From Eukaryota sp. GEM-RC1 (Eukaryota): DNA of 64,000 nucleotides. This document shows, in pieces, positions 25,214-35,640 of this stretch. The notes beneath the pieces were generated by a model. It was not told the DNA's origin. It saw only the letters and a program-made list of their open reading frames with translations, and made no database searches. The translations under genes were made by a program, and so were the position numbers. The stretch lies in assembly GCA_040285855.1 (NCBI GenBank), contig JAUFOQ010000013.1, positions 310,001-374,000 on the forward strand. Direction: 5' to 3'. Positions within the stretch are counted from its first letter, which is position 1, and the number at the start of each line of letters is the position of its first letter.

Positions 25214-26433
25214 TTAACCTTTTGATAAAACTAATGTGACTTGAATGTCACAGACGTATTCTTTCGTAGGCACTATTCTCATTGCCTTACCCTTACTCAC
25301 AGTCTTTTTCTTAGGAATCTGATCTGTATTCCCGCCATCCACGACAGGTGTTGTTTGAGATTTTGATCTCTCGAGGATGGTTCCATGTACAATAATATAA
25401 ATATTGATAGCTGAGTTGAAGTCTCTATTCCAGAGGACATGACATTTAGCACATTTAACTAAGGCCCATGGTGAGACTGTGTTGTTCTTCAATCTTTCTT
25501 TCGATAATGGCAACTGATCAGTCAGTTCTTCATCAAAGTTACGCTCCACAATATTCTCTAAGTGATTGTGTTCCATAATTTCCTTTTTTAATGCGTTATT
25601 TGGAAGAAGAGGATGTCTTTCGGACATTGAGGTCGTACGATGTATCTTTTTGCTTTCTCTTCCTGCTGTAACTTCTTCTTCCAATTAGGATCAGTGACTG
25701 TTACCCAATCATGATTGGAACAGATACCTTCGTCGTATCTGGAAACACAAGCAGAACAACATTTGTTGGTCATAAATTCATCAACTGAGACAACTTTAAA
25801 TTCAAATTTTCTCAATAATTTACGAATTGAAGCACCTTTCACAGCCGATGTTTTACCTCTTCTTCGACGAAAAGCAGTGTCGTTCCAGTCTCCATACCCA
25901 ACAACGACTTCATCTGGGTTACCTAACTGGAGAGCAAATCTGTGAAGCATATTCTTTTCACTTCGTTCCTTTCTTGAATACAATGTGAGACGATTCCGTC
26001 TAAACCACTTTTCTTCGTAAATTCCTTCAGTAGTTCTTCGATCAGTAGTTGGTGATCGTAGTAAAGAACAGGTAATTTCTTTACCAAGAACAAAAGCAGA
26101 AAATTCAGTCAAATCACAAGATTTACTGCCTGGCGAGTTAGAGCCCCATTCATCTAAAATTTGTTGCCCATTTATGTCAATGCGTCTGTCATTTGGACTG
26201 TGAATAAACTGGGTAGAGTATTGTTGCAACCGTTCAGATTCAGATAAACGGTAGAGATTATATCGTCTAATCTTCTTCTCCAGCTTCCTCTTCTTTCTCT
26301 TAGCTCTTTTTTCTTTCTTTTCTTGTTTTTTCCTTTCCATGAGGAGTTGAATGGTATTTGCTGAGTGTCTTACACGTAGTGTACAGATGAATATGGGAGC
26401 CCTCAATGCACAAAAGTAGAACTGGAGAACCAA
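25214..26433 (-). mobile_element. Fanzor (eukaryotic TnpB-derived RNA-guided nuclease), Fanzor1-like; 5'-truncated, one frameshift
   Basis: FRRNRLTLYSRKERSE...VVVGYGDW...KGASIRKLLRK..KVVSVDEFMTNKCCSAC (RuvC-II E at 25777-25779 plus CxxC); frameshift near 25600; then LVKCAKCHVLWNRDFNSAINI (CxxC plus RuvC-III D at 25421-25423). No RuvC-I DPG motif found upstream. Confidence 0.88.
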
Positions 26434-28753
26434 TAAAGGAAATTGTACATATGAAACTTTTAATTATTTAAGATCTCTACTTGAGAAGACTCTATTTGAG
26501 TTACATTGTAGTTATGATCGAGATCATTTATGTAGCTGTTACAAGTACTACATTTTGATATGAAATCGCAGAAAGAAATTTTCACTGATAGTGTAATTCG
26601 TGTCAATCAGATTAATTATAGTGTTCTCATTTTGATGAAGGCTGGGAGTATCATTTGGCTGTTACCACGATCTTTTACTCTGAAGAATAGAGAACGCTTC
26701 GATTTTCGACTATGATTAGTGTGATTTAACACTGAGTTTCTCTTTGTACAGTGAGCCTTAATAACTTTGAATACGTGGTGATATGTCATCATTGTTTTTT
26801 TTGTTCACACCTCTCTAAAACAACCAGGTTTTGTGGTCTTTCAACTGCTTGATATTTTCATCACTTACTGAAATGTCTTGAATTTATCCATTTTAGATTT
26901 ACTGTTATTATTAACAATAGTACATGGGAAGCTTTTTTGGACATGTTGAAGGTCAATGGTTTTCATAGAAAAATTGAACAGGCATTTGCAAATTTTTCTG
27001 ATCATCCAAAAGATGACAGACGTTTTGAGGATATGATTGATACTTGGGTGTCTTGTCAGAAAACTATCATTTATGTCTTATCGGTTGCAGTTTCCCACAA
27101 ATATGAAGAATTTTCTGGTCTTTAAGTAGCTGATAAAGGAAAAAATACACGTAAGTGGGATCGAATTAACCAATTGAGTGTTGGCAAGTACAGTGCTTTT
27201 GTGTTTTACCACTCTGAGATATCTCTGTATCATAATGTTGGACCAGTTGTACAAGGTTTTTAACTTCATTTGATAATTTATGTTCGGAGTACGGTAAAAT
27301 TTTCAAGGAAAACATTTGGTTCAGTAGGTCAAAATTTGTACTGTTGTGTTCCACAAGCACACGTGGCAATGCTTGATCTTCAATCTAGTGGCGGAAATAA
27401 TATCAACAAATGTTATTTTACAGATTAAACTTTAACCAATACAAGAGATCTCAAATTAAAAATAAATCATAACGAAACTGTTAATGACAATCACAAAAAT
27501 ACCAGAAAACTTAAGCACAGTTTCATTTGAGGCAAACTCTCTTTAACTTCAAAATACCTCCACATAGAGAGCTTTTGCCCATTGTAGCAAAATTCGGTAT
27601 CGAAGCACATCATCAAAAACAGTCTAAGTTATGTTGAGCTTAGCGTCAGAAGTAAGACCATGTATGATATCAAACAGAAAAGGAAACGGAGTTTCAAGAG
27701 TATACTTGACCAAGTATGATACTTTTTACCTGTTATTCATAATATTAACGAAGTTTGCTGTAGTCTAGGTGATAAGGTTCCACAATGAATATTCTGCAGC
27801 TGTGTTTGTGGATCAGTGATTCAGTGTAGAAAGAAGAGATCGAAAAAGTTGATGATCCCCCCATTACCGTCTTCAGTTAATCAAGACATTGTTAGTTCCA
27901 TGATATATATTGTAATTTATCCACTTTTCGTGCCGTAATTTTTCAAAAAATGTCGAAAACAAGATGAATGTTGCACTATTGTAGTTTTCAATTGGCAAAT
28001 GATTCCGAATCAAAATTAAGTTACAATGAATACATGTACAGTGGTAAGAATATACAATTGTCGTTATCAAATACTGAAGAAATTTAAAATAATTGCACAC
28101 CCAGAACCAATTACTATTAGTTGTTGTGAGACTGAACAACACTCTTAATTACTCGTTCAACTTACTGCTATGTTTTAGGATCAAAGTAGTGATTAGAAAC
28201 TATTCTCTACAACCAATACATTAAGAGCAAAAGGACCAGCTAATGACTAAAGTCAAGGTGAATCAAAGAGCAATTCATCTTCATAGACTCACACAATTTG
28301 CTAAATGCAGCATCCGTATGAAGACATCTTTGAGTAAGCCCTTTGATACTGAAGCGATTTACAAAACACTTTAGAAATGAAAGTTCTCCCACAAATAATT
28401 AAGAAGATAATGTCAAAACAAACAACACCTTTAACAACAGCAGTGACAGAGGACAAATATCCTTTTGCGATACTAATTTGTTGAGTGATACGTAATCCAT
28501 AGGTACATTCCAAAACTATGCTCTAGATGTCGATAAAACTTCTGATTCAGTTCAAAAGAGTGGTATCACCAAATCAGTTCGAATGAATAACATAAGCTCC
28601 TATGTTGACTGATCTCAAAAACCGGTTTCTGTAACTCATAAGAGAAGCAAGTACTAAGGGGCAATGAGTTTTATTGACAACAAAAAATGATCTGAGTATT
28701 ATTGGAATTCTAATGCAATATCACCTTCATGATTCACAGAGTTATGGTGAACA

Positions 28754-29542
28754 TCAACTCAACGACGGATAACACATTTCCTCATAAACATCAAAAATAG
28801 TCCTGTGTCTAGGTTTTGTCTCATTAAATTGACCCAAGTCTTGTTGTGTTGAAGATGAATCTGAAACGTCTGACTGTTGGGGAACTTCTGTTAGAAGATT
28901 TTCCAATAACGGGCATCCATCAAAAAATAAACAGAACTCATGGATAGCCTTAGCCCACCGAAAATCTTCTTCATCACGGGTATTGATAGATTCTATAGTT
29001 GAAGAGGACAGAGTTGAAAGTTTTTCTAGAGTAACCCCATTGAATGATAGAGATAGTTCAGAAGAAAAGTTTTCAAGAAGATTGTTACAGTCCTCAAACT
29101 CTTCCTTGAACTTGTCACGAGAAGAGGTTCTCTTGAACCATTCAGAGTCATTGTATTGTTGTAGGCAGTGAGTGATTCTGGTTGAGAGAGAGATGAAGTT
29201 GTTAATGACTTGACGGACGGCGGGGGAGTCTGAGAGATCAAAGACTGTTTCGAGGGAAGAGAAGGCAACTTTGGTGAGGCGGAGAAGCCGGGCAGCGAGG
29301 GCAGTAGATTTCGTCTTGTTGAACTTGATTACACGGAGAACGGCGAAAACTTCAGTTATCGCCACTCCCACGGGCTTAAACAGGGAAGAATGTTCGATAA
29401 CAAGGCTAGCGGCGTCAAGAACAGGAGGACCGACGAGATCGAGGAATTTCTGACAATTCCATTCAGCAAGGTCGAGTGAAGCTCCCGAAATTGATGAGCA
29501 GAGGGCAAGAAGGAGACTTTGATCGGACGTTGGAGAACTCAT
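28754..29542 (-). CDS. standalone MLKL-like four-helix-bundle protein without kinase or LRR
   Basis: Intact 262-aa ORF; its first ~200 aa closely match the N-terminus of 18283-20908, then diverge after NTRDEEDF..AKA. Confidence 0.8.
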   Translation of the reverse strand: MSSPTSDQSLLLALCSSISGASLDLAEWNCQKFLDLVGPPVLDAASLVIEHSSLFKPVGVAITEVFAVLRVIKFNKTKSTALAARLLRLTKVAFSSLETVFDLSDSPAVRQVINNFISLSTRITHCLQQYNDSEWFKRTSSRDKFKEEFEDCNNLLENFSSELSLSFNGVTLEKLSTLSSSTIESINTRDEEDFRWAKAIHEFCLFFDGCPLLENLLTEVPQQSDVSDSSSTQQDLGQFNETKPRHRTIFDVYEEMCYPSLS

Positions 29543-31968
29543 TTGTTGAAAAGTAGATGGGTTTTGAGAGAAAATTTGGAATTTAGCTGAAATTGGATGA
29601 CTTCTGTGGAATTCTGTGACATATTACATATGAAGTCCGTGTCTTTGTTCCGACTCTTTAGGCAATGATTGTCACTTGTGCTGAATATGACGTTTATATC
29701 TTGAACTGCCTTTCTTTATACAGATTATCATTAAATATAAGGTATGGCATTGTTCTATTTTCTATGTCGTCACTCTGTTACTTAATCAAAATGGCTCGGT
29801 TGTAGATGTTAGGGAAACTACTAATCGTTAAACAAAAACGCTGTAAACAGTAGAAATTTATCAACAGTACTAAAAATTAGTAATTGAAAACTGTGACCCA
29901 AAATGTCTGACGTATTATTTGTCTATCATTTATCAAACAACTTTCTTATAAAACAATTAAAGTATCCAGTTTGCTGAACATTAATTTACTAAAGATGAAA
30001 CATATTTTAAGTAGAGTCTCCGTATGATACGACTCGATTTGGACTTCCAACAATCTCAGCAACTATAACGAGTGTTCTAATTCATCTAAAACCGAAACTC
30101 ATAAATAGACTTGTGACGAATTTAACATTACGCGAATAAACTACTATGTACTGATATTTTAAACTAAAAACCCATTTGAAATTAGTCTGAATTTCTGGCA
30201 AAAAATATCTTTAAAATAAAGCAACATGTTATTAACACAATTAATGTACCATAACTTTAGTTTAATATTCTACTAAAAAGCAAAGCTCATTACCTATAGA
30301 ATAACCTTCTCCCTACAGAAAAAACCAATTCTCGAAAACCGTCTACAAGTTTCCACATATGTTTACTTCTGAATAACACTAACACCTAATTTGATGTATG
30401 TGTCCGTGATAGCTGATGGCTACGACAACATCATTGTTTAACATAGGATATGATTCCTTTCATAAAGGCTTTTGCAAGTTCACGGCATGAATAATTACTG
30501 ACCAACTCACTTCAAATGTTTTCTGAACCGATCAGATTACCATCTATTTGTACTAACTTGGACAAAACCGTATTGTTCTTACAATAATGGAAGGAATACG
30601 CAAAGTCTTTAACAAGACCAGAACTCAATGAATCAGACGAGCCGTTTCTGAATCAATTAAGATTGGTTGTCGCGGTCTCGTCCTATAAAGACTTTTACCA
30701 ACCAATCTACGATGTTAAGATTGATGTCCGCATTGGCGATGTTCGTACATTAATTCTTTGCTAGATGTGACTTTTTCGTCAAGTTAAAGGCAGGGCCTTC
30801 GGACTGCAGTCGCCAGACTCGACTGTTCTTATTCGCGTTGCTAAAGGTAAGCGTTCTTTGAGACTCGAAAGATCTCTTATTTCTTCATTCCTCATATGAG
30901 AGCAAATAACTTCTCAATATCGATTTACAAATTCACCACACATTTAAGAAAGAATAATTACAAACGCAGAAAAAGATATACCCTTTTAAATTTCGGAAAT
31001 TCTTCATCATGATGCCAACACTCATAATACTTGTTTACAGAAACATTATACGAATGGACAAATTTAATCTATTGTTACAACTAAATTATACGTAAACAAA
31101 TGCATTGAAATTTAAAATGCAAAAGAACGCAAATGCATGTCTTCAAATTTCTCTACTATCAGGTAACTCCATATCAACCCTTGATTGCTCACTTTTGGAA
31201 CGTACTTTTCTTTTTTAAGGAGTTTTCAGAAGTTTCGTCTGAAGGAGTACAGAGTTTTGTATTATCAAGAAGCGGAGAGAGTTGGTGTTAAATGTTGTGT
31301 CAATGGGAACGAAGAATTTTGTGTGTAAACTACTAAACTTGCAAGTAGCAATGTCGTCATTTTGATTCGAAATTGCCACGTCATTGAATCTGTATTTCTG
31401 TGTATTTTTTGTTGTATTGTATTTTTCGTATTTAATGTATTGTATCAGAACAAAGTGGTTGTATTGTTTAGGTATGATTGAGAATACGGTTAGTGACGTG
31501 TCCTTGGTTGTTGTTGGTCTGTGAATACAAGTACACATTCTTGTTTATATATTCTTGTTCACACCACTGATTCACCTTCCTTTCACTTAATGGTGCGAAA
31601 TAGGTCGAAACACAAAGCTACTATTGGCCACCTTTTTGAGATCGTTCTTAGTGTCTAGCTTTCACGTAATCATACCGTTGGTTCATTCGTCTGTTATAAG
31701 TGCAAGAACTTACCTGAATTCACTACAATCTCTGAACACGCACATATAATTGTGTCTGCTAAGGCCCATAACCTTGCTTTTTAGACCTGACCTTCCGAAA
31801 CACATATGGAAATTATCATTGGATGACAGACAATTTAGGTTCAAAGAGCAGTTTCTTCCAATAGACATCATATGCGATTGATATTATATTGGAATCAACA
31901 ACAAAAGACATGCAACGTTCGACCATATTTATCCTTATGTCTGCTGCTAAAGATAAAAGATATGGGAC

Positions 31969-32592
31969 TGTAATGTAAAGTAGAATTATAGTCTTCATTC
32001 TTTGCTTTTTCTAGCTACATAAACCTTTGTTAGCTTTACTAGCATCGATATGTATTGGCTTTTACACTAATCCAAGTCACTACTATTCGTATGTTATCCA
32101 ACAACTATTACTGCAGGTTCAGTAAAACGAAAAACTCCTCCTCCCGCCGAGGCAGCTCAACCCCTGATGATGAAGTCTCGTTAGGACTTCTTGCTCCACA
32201 CGCTTACTTAATCCTTTTCACACTACTTCTGTCAACCTTGACTATCTCAAAGCTGTCGCTGCTCTTGATAACCAAGAAGCTGTCCTCGACGCCGTACTTG
32301 AGTACGATCACAACAAAGGCTAGCGCCTAGTTAGATGGAAAGATGAGTCAACAACATGGGAACCTCATCATACCATAATCAAAACAGAAGCCTGGAAGAA
32401 CGTCATGGCTTCACATAATTTGCAGTAATTTAATCATTCAGCAAAGAATTCAATACAATAATTTACTTGGTATTGTTTGATCATGAGAGATCAAGCAACG
32501 AGAGAAAGACCAGTGTAATGTAAAGTAGAATTATAGTCTTCATTCTTTGCTTTTTCTAGCTACATAAACCTTTGCTAGCTTTACTAGTAGCA
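31969..32592 (+). mobile_element. TRIM-like miniature LTR retroelement carrying a chromodomain relic, copy 1
   Basis: Direct repeats TGTAATG...AGCA at 31969-32044 and 32514-32592; purine tract GAGAGAAAG before the 3' repeat; TSD GGAC/GTAC; internal LVRWKDESTTWEP. Confidence 0.8.
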
Positions 32593-35190
32593 GTACCAAA
32601 TTCAAACTGGATTCAAAATCAATTTTTTTCTGTCTCATGATTTCAATTTTATCCAAACCTATCAAGCCCAGTTCTAAAAAGCCAGGATTCCGACGTTTAC
32701 CTAGAAACTGCAGTGTTTGCTTGTCAACATGTCACAATAAGAGTAACTGCCCTGCTCGATGTTCCGATTTTTGATACTACTTCTGCTGACATTCACTCCT
32801 TACTTTCTTCTGATGTTTCTGTTCCGATATGTCCTTTTTAGTAAGGTAAATGTTCTGGGGAAAAATTCTGCTGGGTAGACCTCTGCTATATTGCATGTCT
32901 TGTACTCCTTCCAATAATATGTTTGATCTTACAACCCTAGGTTATACTCTATTAGCAGTCTTTTGTAGTTGTATATATACTCTTCATAATAGTTTCTCTA
33001 AAATATACAAGAAAGCGTTGTATAGCTCCTGTACGACAAGCTCGAATACAGTTGATTACACGGTTTGCGTGTATGTGGAACAACCAACTGGGTCAAGCTG
33101 TACAACCGCCATTAGTGTTTATTCATGAAGTAAGCTTAAGAACAGAAGATTAGATCACCCAAAAATCAACAAATTGTTTTCTATCCAATTGTCCACAATG
33201 TGCGAAGACATTCATTCTTATAGCAACTCATCGACTGATTTGAAAGTGCTTCACAGTGATGACTTCCTTATCAACTCGTACTCCTGATAGTGAGTACCCA
33301 TAAAATCTTTCAAAATAGATCGAGAATGGGTGTTAGAGGAGGAATGCAAAGTAGGATAGTCACAATCCCACTTCAGAAGTATTAAGAAAGTGTGGTAAAG
33401 TACTGTCCAGAGAGCACCCATAGAGTCTTTTTTTGGGTTGCTCAACCGAAGAAACAACAGTAGACTCGGAAAAGGAAGAAGGTTGAGTATTGGTCACTTA
33501 CTGATAAGAAATATAAAAATATAGTGGGGGGAATATAGAATCAGGAATGGGGAATATGCATATGGAATGAAATTCACTAAGGTGAATTAAATAATGATTG
33601 TCCTTCCTTCGAGAATAAAGATGAACTGTAAAAGTTTAATCCAGTTTCAAGATGGATTGCAGAAATACCAAAGATAATATTGGACGTAGATTTTTAATTG
33701 AAACACTGCTTTGTTAATGTTTCCTATTGTCTATAAATAAACAATTATGATGAAAGTTTCTCTCATCATGTAAGCTTAACGAATTAAAATATTATACACA
33801 TATAAAAGACTTTTTAAAAAAAGAATATTTGTTGATATTAAGTAATCAATTCATTGACTCATTGACAGAAAATGATGAAAACAACTCATACAGAGAATTT
33901 GTAACATAAGTAGAAACACCGTGTGAATCAATTAATCGGAAAACTCATCAAAAAACACGTGTTGATTTACTACTGTAGTTCTTGAAGATCAACATTAAAA
34001 TATTTCCAAAATTCTTGTATTAACGTCACCAATGAGCAACTGCTCTGAATTTTACAAAAAAACAAGAAATGACTTGAACAAGTTTCTCTTATCAAACAAC
34101 GATGAACACATTTACAACGATATCAGTGACAAGTTAAGGCGGCAGAGATGAAGATGATTTTCAATTCCTTGTGGATGAGTCAGAAGAAGATGAAAAAGTG
34201 GTTGTTGTAACACAACTAGGGGAAAAAGCGGTAACGGAAGTGCGAGTAGGAGCGAAACCACAAAGGGCCGAGGACCGCGAACCCTTGTAAGAAGCAGCTG
34301 CATATTTGACAACGAGAAGTACAGAGAGGGAAAGATCGAAAGTAGTAACTGAAGAAGATAAACAAGACGGAGACCATGAAGGAGTAGAGATGAAGATTCA
34401 AGAACAAAATAGTCATGTCTACTCAGGAGGTAGACATGACAGAACGATCATAGAGCAAACGTTGATGTCAGTACTTATGAAGAGCATAATCCATGTCTAG
34501 TGACATCAATTCTTGGTCTAATCCCTTCCGTATGTGATGTCTTCTCGAACCTCCAATTCATCTACCGCTCTCTTGTTCTTCTGTTCTCACATGAAGACTC
34601 CTTCACTCTTTACACGAGTTCACTCAAGAAGTACCAAGTTAATTTTCTAAGAAATTCTTTCCAAATCTCAGATTACTTAGAATCCAAAGGTTTATGTAAT
34701 TCCTCTACGTTTAAAGAATACCTATTTCTTTCCCCATAGAAACTAAAACTCATTGAGGACTGTCCAAGCATCGTTTTGGATATAAGAATATTGATAAGAA
34801 GAGTGGTCATTTACATTCAAAAGTTACTAATTATATGACTCAAGAACACACGTTTTAAGAGCATTTGTGTAGAAAATGTTTTGAGCATCGATCTCAACCA
34901 CACTTGGAAAATACATCCACTCCATGAAAAATACTATAACACATACAGGAAAATACAAAATAACTCGACTAAATAAAGCTGTCGCAAAGGTCCTGGTGAG
35001 AACTTTTATTATTTAAAAGTAACAATGACTAAAAATCATCCGGACGCCAAAGAAAAACTAAACATAACAAAACATCAAAAATACCCGAACAAATACATGT
35101 ACCAGGCGGGAAAACAGATTCAGATTTTTTACAGATGTTTTCAATTTCTGTAAGAAAATCTCCAACAAAGTTTAACCCTCTTAAGTCTTC

Positions 35191-35601
35191 TTATGCAACA
35201 CATTTTGTCAAGAACATACTGCTCCAGTCCCAATTGGTCATTTTTGAAGGGAGAATCTCCATAAGAGTAGTTTTAAGATGAGGACATTGGAAGTAAGTGG
35301 ACAGGTTGAAGATGTCATAGACGTCAGAAGAAGTGAGGTCAATGGTGTGACCAAAGAAAGAAGAGACGAAGGCGGAGGAAAGACTCGGATGATATGGGCA
35401 AATGCAAGAAGTCCAAAGGGTTCTCAAAGCGATCTCCAAACACCATAAACCAAAGAGAGATGCAGTACTGAGAGTTGGAAGCAAGGACTGACTTAATGAC
35501 AGAGAAGGACTCACCATTAAAGATAATGGTTTGATCATGGAGACTGGAGTGTTGGACTGGAGTGTAGAGAGAGTGTTGGGAGAGGTGGATGTGAGTGAAA
35601 T
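35191..35601 (-). pseudogene. BTB/POZ gene fragment (copy A)
   Basis: Frameshifted QTIIFNGESFSVIKSVLASNSQY...FSAFVSSFFGHTIDLTSSDVYDIFNLSTYFQCPHL. Confidence 0.65.
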
Positions 35602-35640
35602 TTGATTTGTATGTGGGTGATGAGATTAAATCATGGTTTT

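Noticed and set aside
31215..31998. ORFs conserved between the two duplicated blocks (31215-31538, 31816-31998)
   Set aside because: Conservation is explained by the recent DNA duplication; indels shift frames between the copies, and one ORF starts inside an LTR
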